Part shown: positions 35,092 through 44,245 of the stretch, piece by piece
Layout of the letters: the number at the start of each line of letters is the position of its first letter
Position numbering within the stretch: the first letter of the stretch is position 1
Assembly: GCA_028282505.1 (NCBI GenBank)
Contig: JANQHV010000411.1
Location: 1 to 56,252 of the forward strand
Source of the DNA: SAR324 cluster bacterium
GTDB taxonomy: Bacteria > SAR324 > NAC60-12
Direction: 5' to 3'
Length of the DNA: 56,252 bases
Translations under genes and position numbers: made by a program
Notes under the pieces: generated by a model
What the model saw: the letters and a program-made list of their open reading frames with translations, nothing else
Told to the model about the DNA's origin: nothing
The model's database searches: none

Positions 35092-36927
35092 ATGATTGAT
35101 TTAAACGTGGTGGGTGCTCATGTCGGTCGAGCATTTCCTGACGAATTGTATCTGGGCATTTTGATGCCAAACATCACCCCGGCCAAGCAGTACCACCTTT
35201 TTGCAGATATCATTCATGCCAATGACCAGTTCAACCCCGACATTGGACCGGTTTCGGTAGAGTTGCATGGAGATGACAGCGGCATGTGGAGTTATGGAGG
35301 CAGCTTGGGGGCTTTGAACGGAGGAGCTGGCAGTCACTTTGGTGATGTAGGCCGCTACCTTTACCGCTATCGGCTGTTGCGAAACAATGTCACCATCATT
35401 GACTATTTTGCGGATCCTTACGCCACCACTAGTGGTCCTGGCACCAACTCGGCTTTTGACTACCCCCCACTACCGAATCACCAATGGCAGGATCAAGGCT
35501 TTGTGGTGCCCAGTCTCGATGACGTGATCATGTACGAATTGATGGTGGATGACTTTGCAGAAAATTTTGAAGGCGTGATGGGGCGTCTGCCTTACCTGAA
35601 AAGCCTGGGAGTCAATTGCATTGAACTGATGCCGATTACCAATATTCCAGAGCCGTATCGTTGGGGTTATATGCCCATGAGTTATTTTGCCATTGAAGAG
35701 CGTTATGGAGGTAAGGAAAAGCTGAAACCACTGGTCGATGCCTGTCATGGTGAGGGAATTGCCGTCATACATGATGCGGTGTATGCTCACATGCATGAGG
35801 AATTCTGTTTCCGCAATGTTTACTGGGCAGCAGGTGAAGAGAATCCTATGATTGGTCCCTTTGCCGGTGACATGTTTGGGGTTGGTCCTGATTTCAATAA
35901 GGACTTTGCCTACGATTACTTCATGGCGGTCAATCATTATTTCATCAATGAGTTGCACATGGATGGCTTCCGCTATGATTATGTGCCAGGTTTCTATGAC
36001 GGCCCTGTTGGCAGTGGTTACGCCCGAATTGTTCACGACACCTACCAGACCACCAAACACATTGCTCGCTTCAATGGAGGAAATTACAACCGCATCATTC
36101 AGGCCGCTGAATATCTGGACAAACCGAAAGAAGTGTTGCAGGAAACGTATACCACTGCCAGCAAACGATGGTGGCCCATGCTCAAAGCACAGGACATGGT
36201 ACGCGAGGGTGGCAATGTGATGGAGGGGTTTGTCCATGACATGCTTTTGATCGATTTCACTTCACCCTGGCCCACGGAATATCATAACGGTCAGGACAGT
36301 TTTCCAGTCGCCCCCTTGCAATTCATCGAATCCCATGACAAGAGCCGCTTGATGTATCTGCTCAGTGGGGAACATTCTCCTTATCATGGTGGTTTTGACC
36401 TCTTCAACCGCAACCGTACCCATTGGTATCGCCTGCAACCCTATGCCATTGCCCTCATGAGCTCGGTTGGTGTTCCTTTGCTGTGGCAGGGACAGGAATT
36501 TGGAGAAATCTATGGCAAACACGATGATGGTGGTTCCAGGGTGTTGGCTGCTCGTCCATTGCACTGGAACTATTTTTATGAAAGGGGAGGCCGGGATCTG
36601 GTCAATATTTACCGTCGCATGGGCCAACTGCGCCACCAGTATCAAGCCCTGCGCAGCCGCCTTTCTTATTATTTCCATGAGCACTCCAATCTGGACTGGG
36701 GGCTGGTTGCCTATCAACGCAGCCCCGATAACAACAATGACCCCACGGTGATGATCTTGCTGAACTTCGGCAGTTTCAATGGCACACTCCATGTCCCTTT
36801 CCCGAAAGGTGGACGTTGGCATGAACAGATCAATGATCATGGAGAGATTCTGGACGTGCCTCACGATTCTGCGGTGATGGGCATCGAGATTCCTTCCAAC
36901 TATGGCAAAGTGTTCATTTCCGCATAG
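35092..36927 (+). CDS. GH13 alpha-amylase-family glycoside hydrolase with an N-terminal E-set/CBM48-like region
   Basis: GVNCIELMPI.., DAVYAH.., MDGFRYDYVPGF (nucleophile region) and QFIESHDKSR (region IV). Confidence 0.75.
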   Translation: MIDLNVVGAHVGRAFPDELYLGILMPNITPAKQYHLFADIIHANDQFNPDIGPVSVELHGDDSGMWSYGGSLGALNGGAGSHFGDVGRYLYRYRLLRNNVTIIDYFADPYATTSGPGTNSAFDYPPLPNHQWQDQGFVVPSLDDVIMYELMVDDFAENFEGVMGRLPYLKSLGVNCIELMPITNIPEPYRWGYMPMSYFAIEERYGGKEKLKPLVDACHGEGIAVIHDAVYAHMHEEFCFRNVYWAAGEENPMIGPFAGDMFGVGPDFNKDFAYDYFMAVNHYFINELHMDGFRYDYVPGFYDGPVGSGYARIVHDTYQTTKHIARFNGGNYNRIIQAAEYLDKPKEVLQETYTTASKRWWPMLKAQDMVREGGNVMEGFVHDMLLIDFTSPWPTEYHNGQDSFPVAPLQFIESHDKSRLMYLLSGEHSPYHGGFDLFNRNRTHWYRLQPYAIALMSSVGVPLLWQGQEFGEIYGKHDDGGSRVLAARPLHWNYFYERGGRDLVNIYRRMGQLRHQYQALRSRLSYYFHEHSNLDWGLVAYQRSPDNNNDPTVMILLNFGSFNGTLHVPFPKGGRWHEQINDHGEILDVPHDSAVMGIEIPSNYGKVFISA

Positions 36928-37093
36928 AGCATGGTGTTGTTTGCCACGCAGGCACAAAGACACAGAAATATAAATTCCTTTTCCTTAGGGAGAATTTCCT
37001 TTCCCTGGGGAGAAGGCCAGGATGGGGGAAAAAAGGCTCCCTTCTCCTAATGTGAAAAGTGGTTTAATTTTTGGTTCAATAAGAGAGAAGGTG

Positions 37094-39955
37094 ATGAAAA
37101 AAATTATCAGTTTATTTGTAATCGGTTTAGTGTGTTTTTCAACGAATTCCTTTTGTCAGGAAAGTTTTACGATTGGGGTTGCAGGACCGCTCTCCCAAAA
37201 ATACGGTCAGAGTATTATCAATGCGGTTCAGCTTTATTTTGATCAGGTCAATGAAAACGGTGGTATTGATGGACAAAAGTTAATGATTGAACGGTTTGAT
37301 GATCAAAACGATGCTGATATAGCCAAACAGCATGCAGAAAAAATTGCTCAAAGTGATGTATTGTCTGTGATTGGCCATTGGTATAGCTCGGCTTCACTGG
37401 CTGCAGGGCAGGTATATCTGGAAAATCAAATACCTGCTATTAGCCCTGGGTCCACTAATATCAATGTGACCAAAAATAATGAATGGTATTTTCGAACTAT
37501 ATACAATGATACGTTAACTGCGGCATTCTCTGCTAAATATGTTCATGATGTTTTTAAAGCAAAGAAGGTCAGCGTTGTTTCAGATAATCAAGCATTTGGC
37601 AAATTTCTCAGTGACACTTTTATCAAGGATGCACAGCAGCAGGGGTTGAATGTCGTTTATCAACATACATTTGATATTAACAATCCTCAGTTTGATCGTA
37701 TCGTACAACAGATGCAGCAGATAGACCCTGGAGTCATTTTTCTTGGCATGCAGGGGAAAGAAGCAGCTGAATTGCTTTTCAAGCTCAGAAGTGCTGAAAT
37801 TAAGAATAACATTGTTGGCGGCTCCTCTCTTTCCGGGCAGAGTTTCATGGGACAACTGACTGAACTGACAGAAAAATCCAATAAACGGGTGAACTTTTTT
37901 TTACAAAATACGTATGTAGCCGCACCTTTAATATATGATACAGCGAATTACGGTGCTCAGATTTTTAAAGAAAAATACTTCAAAACTTATAAGACAGAAA
38001 GTGACTGGGGAGCCGCTTATAGCTATGATGCGGCAAAAGTGATTGTAGCGGCCATACGAAGATCGGGAATCAATGCTTCTACAGATATAAAAGAGGCGCG
38101 TCTTAGGTTGCGGGATACCTTATCTGAGATGCATAGTCAGGTCAAAGCAGTCAAAGGCATTACAGGCCTGAACTATTTTAATGCTGATGGCGATGCTGTT
38201 AAACCCGTATCTATGGGAATCTATAAAGGGGCTCACTTGGTTTCGGCCATGATTCAATATCAACCTGTCCCTAATCCTAGTGAACTTTACAATATTGAAG
38301 AGCAAATTAAAAAGAACCAGATTGTTCAGGTTGGTGATTTGTACCTCTATAAAACCAAAGTTGTCAATACTGGAATCATGCTCCATAAAGTCTCCAATAT
38401 CGACTTTAAAGAAGGGCTGTACGATCTGGATTTTTCTCTATGGTTCAGATATCGGGGCGATTTTGATGTTAAGGAAATCGAATTCCAGAATAGCCTCAGT
38501 CCGATTGAATTGGATAGCCCCCTTAAAGTAGAACGAGATGGAGACACCCAGTACCAGCTTTTTAAACTGAAAGGGAGGTTCAAGCTGGAGACAAAACCGG
38601 ATCTTTTAGGACGATATACCTATGAACTGAGTTTTAAGCATAAAATACTGGCTCGTCATAAAATTATTCTGGTCCCTGATGAAGTCGGTATGGGAATTGA
38701 CAGCGTGAGCGAGTTCATTAATCAGCTGAATGAGAGAAAAGTTATTGCAGCGAGATATGATAGGATCATTGATCAAATTGCTGTATATGAGAAAATAACT
38801 TTTGAACCTGGTTTGGGAGCTCTGGAACACTCAGCAGCCAATGTCAATTACTCCAATTTTTCCTTTTCCTTTCGAATAACAAAAACAGGGATTGGCTTAA
38901 TGCTGGATAATAAAATTTATATGCTGATCGCAGCGGTTATTTTAACACTGTTCGTTAGTTATCTGGTGGGAGGGCCTGGTTACCGTCTAATGTACCGCTT
39001 TGTCAAGAAAACAGAAACAAGATTTGATGATGACCTGCTGGAACTGATGCATTATCCCGTTCAAATTATTATTATCTTAATCGGTTTTTATTTTATCAAT
39101 GAAACCCTGGAGGGCCTTATTTCAAAGACCATGTATGACATTTTTGACAAAATGATCGAGCTCGGTATTGTCGTCACTATCTTTATGGGCATTGTTTATC
39201 GCAGTAGCTCAATGGTGAAATTTTATTTCGAGCAAATGGCAGAAAATACAGAATCTCAGTTGGACGATTTATTTGTTCCCTACATCTCCAAAATAATCAA
39301 AACGATTTCTGTGATATTAGTGTTGATGAAATTCGCCGAAATCATTTTCGGACTGTCAGCCACCGCCTTTCTGGGCGTACTTGGTGGTTTAAGTCTGGCC
39401 TTTGGTTTGTTATTTAAAGATATCATTGCTGAAGTGGCTGCGTGTCTGATGATCTTTCTGGATGATCTGTATCATGAAGGAGATACGGTTCGTGTGGGGG
39501 GTGGAGCGAAAGGAGTGGTTGAAAAAATTGGTCTAAGGACAACCAGAATTCGTCTTTTTAAAGGGCCTATTGTTAAAATTGCCAATACCAAGATTGTTCA
39601 GGAGCATGTTGAAAATTATTCCCGTTCAGAACTGTTGATGTGTAATTATAAATTGAAAATCAATGGTATCTCCAGCTTGGAATTAAGCTCACTGGTGCAA
39701 AGCATTCGAGACATTCTGGAGCAGGATGAAAATGTGCGCAAGGACTTCGGGAGACTGGTCAATTTCCAAAGTTTGGAAGGCAACAAACGTGTGATTGCCA
39801 TTGTATTCAGAACAGAGCCGGATTGGGAGGTGAACCAATATACGCTGGAAAGAGTGAATTACCGCATTTTAAATCTGCTGGAAGCCAACAATATCAGTAA
39901 ACTGGATTACCAGTTTGTCTACATGCAGGCCCTTGAAGCAAAAGCTGCGAATTAA
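37094..39955 (+). CDS. Periplasmic type-1 binding-protein (LivK-like) domain fused to an MscS-family channel
   Basis: I used the internal ATG MKKIISLFVIGLVCFSTNSFC (signal peptide, RBS gagaaggtg). FTIGVAGPLS..YGQS..NAVQLYFDQVNENGGIDGQKL..FDDQND is Peripla_BP_6-like. The C-terminus ..FKDIIAEVAACLMIFLDDLYHEGDTVRVGG.KGVVEKIGLRTTRIRLF.G..VKIANTKI.. is the MscS signature. Confidence 0.7.
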   Translation: MKKIISLFVIGLVCFSTNSFCQESFTIGVAGPLSQKYGQSIINAVQLYFDQVNENGGIDGQKLMIERFDDQNDADIAKQHAEKIAQSDVLSVIGHWYSSASLAAGQVYLENQIPAISPGSTNINVTKNNEWYFRTIYNDTLTAAFSAKYVHDVFKAKKVSVVSDNQAFGKFLSDTFIKDAQQQGLNVVYQHTFDINNPQFDRIVQQMQQIDPGVIFLGMQGKEAAELLFKLRSAEIKNNIVGGSSLSGQSFMGQLTELTEKSNKRVNFFLQNTYVAAPLIYDTANYGAQIFKEKYFKTYKTESDWGAAYSYDAAKVIVAAIRRSGINASTDIKEARLRLRDTLSEMHSQVKAVKGITGLNYFNADGDAVKPVSMGIYKGAHLVSAMIQYQPVPNPSELYNIEEQIKKNQIVQVGDLYLYKTKVVNTGIMLHKVSNIDFKEGLYDLDFSLWFRYRGDFDVKEIEFQNSLSPIELDSPLKVERDGDTQYQLFKLKGRFKLETKPDLLGRYTYELSFKHKILARHKIILVPDEVGMGIDSVSEFINQLNERKVIAARYDRIIDQIAVYEKITFEPGLGALEHSAANVNYSNFSFSFRITKTGIGLMLDNKIYMLIAAVILTLFVSYLVGGPGYRLMYRFVKKTETRFDDDLLELMHYPVQIIIILIGFYFINETLEGLISKTMYDIFDKMIELGIVVTIFMGIVYRSSSMVKFYFEQMAENTESQLDDLFVPYISKIIKTISVILVLMKFAEIIFGLSATAFLGVLGGLSLAFGLLFKDIIAEVAACLMIFLDDLYHEGDTVRVGGGAKGVVEKIGLRTTRIRLFKGPIVKIANTKIVQEHVENYSRSELLMCNYKLKINGISSLELSSLVQSIRDILEQDENVRKDFGRLVNFQSLEGNKRVIAIVFRTEPDWEVNQYTLERVNYRILNLLEANNISKLDYQFVYMQALEAKAAN

Positions 39956-40040
39956 CTGCTTTTAAAAAAATTCTCTGTGCCCTCTGAGACTCTGTGGCAA
40001 CCTTTTTGGTTTCGGCTATGCCGAGTTAGGATATGGAAAT

Positions 40041-40190
40041 ATGAAAATTTTAATCGCAGAAGACGACCCCCTTCTTCAAGAGTTGACGAAAATGATAGAG
40101 GGTTGGGGATACGAATTCGACCTTGTTTCTGATGGTCAAGCGGGATACATAGATCCGTTAGAGGGCTATTCACTAAAGTCTAGATGGTAG
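40041..40190 (+). pseudogene. Remnant of a response-regulator receiver gene (first ~33 aa only)
   Basis: MKILIAEDDPLLQELTKMIEGWGYEFDLVSDGQ is a canonical REC N-terminus. The sequence then degenerates and stops after 49 codons. Confidence 0.6.
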
Positions 40191-40318
40191 GATGGGTTTA
40201 CCCATCAACAAAGATATGAACTCATTCATGGGTAATGGGCTACAGGGTGACTCACTGAATTTTACACTTTGGGCGCAGGTACCAGGCAGACCAACCACGC
40301 ACAGAAGAAACCCCAACA

Positions 40319-42970
40319 ATGACAATTGATAGTGAATTAGTTGAACAAAGACTGCAAGGATTGGATCGGGACTCAGTAGTCGCCTTTGCCTACCGGTGTG
40401 CTTTGAGGGTGGTGCCAATTCTTGGAGCCAAAGGGAATTTCAACTATTGGGAAGAAAAGCAAGAAAACCATCTCTTTGCAGTCTTTCATGCCCTGGATGT
40501 AACGGGGAGATTTTTATATGAAATAAAGTCTGCCGCCTATGCCGGTGCCTACGTCACCGCCTATGCCGCCTCCTATGCCGCCGCCGACACTGCCGCCGCC
40601 GCCGCCGACACTGCCTACGCCTACGCTGCCGCCGCCGCCGCCGCTGACACCGTCTACTTTGCTGCTAGATCTGCTGTTAGAGCCGTTGATGCCACTACCT
40701 TTTTTAAAAAAAATCTTTCCGAAGTCATTGAGCGAATGATTAACCGAGATTTAGATTACTTTGCTACCACTAACAAAAGCAAAAAAAATGCAAGGGATTT
40801 GTTAACTCTGCCCTTATGGAATGAGGTTCCAGAGTCCTGGACAGATCTGCTTGACCAATTTAAAAAAGCCTTAAAAGGCATCGACTGTGATTTTTGGTAC
40901 CCCATTTTTGAGAAACGTTTTCATAATGAACAACCTGATCTTGATGCCTTGAAACAAAGAGTAGAGCTGCCTCCAGAAATCAAGGAACAGGGACACCTGG
41001 CCATCATCCGATACCTGGAATCTCTTCAGAGGGAAGGAGAAAAACGCTTGAAAGAAGTGAAAGTGGTTTTTTTAGGGGATGGTGGAGCGGGCAAGACCTC
41101 TCTGGTTAACAAAATATTAGATCCTCAAGCAGACCTGGCTGAAGATGAAAAGCCCACTCCGGGAGTGGATATCCACAGATGGGAGCTGGAAGAAGAGATT
41201 CAAGCCCACTTATGGGATTTTGGCGGGCAGGTTATTATGCATGCTACCCATCAATTTTTCATGTCCAGGCGCTCAGTTTATGTGATTGTGCTGGATGGCA
41301 GGAAAGAACAGAATCCGGATTACTGGCTGCATCATGCCAAGACATTTGGTGGTGACTCACCGGTCCTGATCGTCATGAACAAGATCGACCAACATTATCA
41401 TGAGCTGGAGAGAAATACTCTGATGCACAAATACTCCCAAATTAAAGGTTTTTTTCCCCTGTCTTGTAAAGACAACAGAGGTCTGAAACACTTCACTGAT
41501 CAATTGAGCCAAACATTGAAAGAGACAGAAGCATGGGATTCCTCCTTGCCAGTTAACTGGTATAATGTCAAAGACCGCTTGCAGGAGAAAAATGAAGATT
41601 ATATCACTCTGGAAGCCTATCAAAAGGTTTGTCAGGGGCAAAAGATCCAGGAAGCAGAGACTTGTGAGGTACTATTGGAGCATTTGAATGATTTGGGCAT
41701 TGTTGTTTATTTTGAAAAACTGTTGCATCTGAATACCTATGTGCTCAATCCCCGCTGGTTGACCAATGCGGTCTACCGGGTGATCAACTCCGATGAATTG
41801 AAAGAAAAAAAAGGAATCATTACTTTTGATGAGTTGGAGGGTATTTTTCAAAAAAATAAGAATCCGTATCCTGTTCCGAAGGACAAATATGGCTTCATTA
41901 TGGAGGCCATGCGGGAATTTGAATTAGCTTATATCCTCAATAAAGATCAACCGACTGTGGAGATGATTTATCTCATCCCAGATCTGCTGGAATCGGATGA
42001 GCCTGCTGATTTGAACTTTGATAAGACAGGAGCTTTGATACGTTTCCGTTTTTCCTTCCCCTTTTTGCCAACCTCCATCATGGCTCGCTTTATTGTGCGG
42101 ATGGCCGACGATATCGATGGAGATTTACGTTGGCGGTCCGGAGTTGTCCTTTCGAACAGCACCTTTGAGAGCAGGGCACTGGTCACCGCCAATAACGATC
42201 AACGGTTGATTCATGTCTGGGCCAAAGGGGGGCAACAAAGGGACTACTTTGCAGTGATTCGAAATCATTTTCATCGGATATTCTCCAGTTACGCCAATTT
42301 TGAATATGATGAACAAGTTCCCTTAACCGAGAATGAAGCAGTTGTTGAAGACTATCAGCAATTGATTGGCCTGGAGAAAATGGGAGAAGCAACCTATTCA
42401 TCCGGTAAATTACAGCAAACCTTTGACCTCAAGGCCCTTTTGAATGGCATCGAAGCTGAAGAAAAAAGGAGAACAAAAGCAAACAGTGCAAAGGAAAAGA
42501 GAGAACAATGGGTAGACTTAGAAGGAAAAGACGATATTGTGCACCGTTCAGCAAAGCAGATATTTATCAGCTATAGCCGTCATGATAAAGAATGGCTGGA
42601 TCAACTGCTGGTCCATTTGGGGGCACTGGAACATGGGGGAATTGGCTATTGGTATGACGAAGATATCATGGCCGGTGATCGCTGGAATGAGAAAATAAAG
42701 ACGGCTATCCAGTGTTGTCAGATGGCAATATGTTTAATTTCCAAGGAGTTTCTCAATTCTAAATTCATTCGGGAAAGAGAAATACCAGTATTTTTAGAAA
42801 AAGATGTCACAATAATACCAATTCTCTTAGAACCATGCGGATGGAAAGTCGTATCGTGGCTCAAGGAACGTCAATTCATCAATGACATTCCCCTGTCTAA
42901 AATAAAAGCTGAGGAGTATGATGACATTTTTAGTAGCCTTATGGAGCAGATTGTTGAGCACTTTGAGTGA
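40319..42970 (+). CDS. ROCO-type protein: Ala/Tyr-rich helical N-domain, Roc GTPase, COR-like region and a C-terminal TIR domain
   Basis: GDGGAGKT (aa 253-260), DFGGQ (300-304) and NKID (354-357). A ~300-aa COR-like region follows. FISYSRHDKEW..YWYDEDIMAGDRW..ICLISKEFLNSKFIREREI (aa 749-822) is a TIR_2-type domain. Confidence 0.8.
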   Translation: MTIDSELVEQRLQGLDRDSVVAFAYRCALRVVPILGAKGNFNYWEEKQENHLFAVFHALDVTGRFLYEIKSAAYAGAYVTAYAASYAAADTAAAAADTAYAYAAAAAAADTVYFAARSAVRAVDATTFFKKNLSEVIERMINRDLDYFATTNKSKKNARDLLTLPLWNEVPESWTDLLDQFKKALKGIDCDFWYPIFEKRFHNEQPDLDALKQRVELPPEIKEQGHLAIIRYLESLQREGEKRLKEVKVVFLGDGGAGKTSLVNKILDPQADLAEDEKPTPGVDIHRWELEEEIQAHLWDFGGQVIMHATHQFFMSRRSVYVIVLDGRKEQNPDYWLHHAKTFGGDSPVLIVMNKIDQHYHELERNTLMHKYSQIKGFFPLSCKDNRGLKHFTDQLSQTLKETEAWDSSLPVNWYNVKDRLQEKNEDYITLEAYQKVCQGQKIQEAETCEVLLEHLNDLGIVVYFEKLLHLNTYVLNPRWLTNAVYRVINSDELKEKKGIITFDELEGIFQKNKNPYPVPKDKYGFIMEAMREFELAYILNKDQPTVEMIYLIPDLLESDEPADLNFDKTGALIRFRFSFPFLPTSIMARFIVRMADDIDGDLRWRSGVVLSNSTFESRALVTANNDQRLIHVWAKGGQQRDYFAVIRNHFHRIFSSYANFEYDEQVPLTENEAVVEDYQQLIGLEKMGEATYSSGKLQQTFDLKALLNGIEAEEKRRTKANSAKEKREQWVDLEGKDDIVHRSAKQIFISYSRHDKEWLDQLLVHLGALEHGGIGYWYDEDIMAGDRWNEKIKTAIQCCQMAICLISKEFLNSKFIREREIPVFLEKDVTIIPILLEPCGWKVVSWLKERQFINDIPLSKIKAEEYDDIFSSLMEQIVEHFE

Positions 42971-43112
42971 ATTCAAAAGGTGAATCATAGATTGGGGCTG
43001 AACAAAGGTCGATGGCTTGTTTGCCAGTATCATGTGTGCTACTCTAAATGATTAGGAGATTTATAGGTACTTTTTCCTTGAGGTGCGAAGAAAAAAGACG
43101 ATGGGAGGAAAT

Positions 43113-43502
43113 ATGATTACTACTGAAGGACTGATAAATCCAGAAGATCTGAGTGAATCTAATCTTTTAGAAACAACACGCAAAATGCTGGAGGTCGTTC
43201 ACGAGATTGCTGATAAATACCCCACACGAGATATGGAACTGATGGAACAGCTAGTGGATGGACAAGGCCGTGTTGAACAAAGGATTGGAGAGGTTGAGAG
43301 TTCCATACAGACTCTCAGTTCTGACATTGATGCTGGTTTTGGAAGGCTTGAGAAAAAGCTAGAAACCGAAATTGGCAGTTTGCGTGACGAAATGGAAGGA
43401 TTACGTGACGAAATGGGGGGATTGCGTAATGATGTAAACCAGCAACTCAACGAACAAACGGAATTGTTACGCACAATCGCCCGTAATACTCAACGTGATT
43501 GA
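43113..43502 (+). CDS. Small coiled-coil protein
   Basis: I used the internal ATG after RBS gggagg. Heptad-like repeats ..LRDEMEGLRDEMGGLRNDV... No family recognised. Confidence 0.45.
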   Translation: MITTEGLINPEDLSESNLLETTRKMLEVVHEIADKYPTRDMELMEQLVDGQGRVEQRIGEVESSIQTLSSDIDAGFGRLEKKLETEIGSLRDEMEGLRDEMGGLRNDVNQQLNEQTELLRTIARNTQRD

Positions 43503-43570
43503 GTGAAGGAACAACTGATTAGGAAATAATGATAAACTGGCAAGAGGTTTGTGCGATACCTCAAACAACG

Positions 43571-44152
43571 TCAAAGCACTTTCAAGGTATTGACCCCTCT
43601 GGAAACAAATTCTCTGCGGAGTTTGTAGCGGGTACGATACAGCAAGACAGAAAAATTAGAAACCGAGAGGTCCATCTTTTCACAAATACTTTCTGTGGAT
43701 TCTCCATCAATTTCACGCAAGATAAAAAGCAGTCGCATCCTTTCTGGAAGCGCATCAATGCATTCCCACAATAACTCCTGAGCTTCCTTGTTTTCCAGAA
43801 TTTGTTCAGGCGTGAAATGCCATTCCTGGGGTTTGCTGCGCCACCCTCCTTCTGAAGTAAAATCAGAGGGCCCCAGGCTATCCAATTCAATGGCTTCTAA
43901 ATTACTTTCCTTTTGTTTTTGCCGAAAATGATCCATGATCTTGTGTTTCAAAATGCCCAGAAGCCAAGTGCGGATGGATGATTTTCCCTGGAATGAATCT
44001 TTGGCTCCAATGGCTGCAATAAAAGTGTTTTGTACCAGGTCGGCAGCCAGATCCTCATTAGAAACCCTCACTAAAGCGAAGCGATACAGCATATCGCCAT
44101 GTTGTTCAACCCATTCTTCAATATTGTGTATGTTTTCTTTGTTTGATTCCAT
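43571..44152 (-). CDS. ECF-type RNA polymerase sigma-70 family factor
   Basis: Region 2 ..HGDMLYRFALVRV.N.DLAADLVQNTFIAA.. and region 4 ..LPERMRLLFILREIDGESTESICEKMDLSVSNFSVLLYRTRYKLR... Confidence 0.85.
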   Translation of the reverse strand: MESNKENIHNIEEWVEQHGDMLYRFALVRVSNEDLAADLVQNTFIAAIGAKDSFQGKSSIRTWLLGILKHKIMDHFRQKQKESNLEAIELDSLGPSDFTSEGGWRSKPQEWHFTPEQILENKEAQELLWECIDALPERMRLLFILREIDGESTESICEKMDLSVSNFSVLLYRTRYKLRREFVSRGVNTLKVL

Positions 44153-44245
44153 GATTCGTTTTTATTCACAGAATGAAGTGTAAGGCGATTTAATGGTCCA
44201 AACGATTATTGAGTTTATATAAAGATAATGGATAAATTGGTTAAA

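Noticed and set aside
35470-36963. Two long antisense ORFs (255 aa and 233 aa) opposite the GH13 gene
   Set aside because: The plus-strand frame carries clear GH13 catalytic motifs. The antisense frames have no motifs and Arg/His/Ile-rich odd composition. Long open antisense frames are expected in locally GC-rich coding DNA.
40539-40739. Pro-rich 66-aa ORF (MPVPTSPPMPPP...)
   Set aside because: It is an alternative reading frame of the GCC-rich repeat tract inside the ROCO-TIR gene, so it is a frame artefact.
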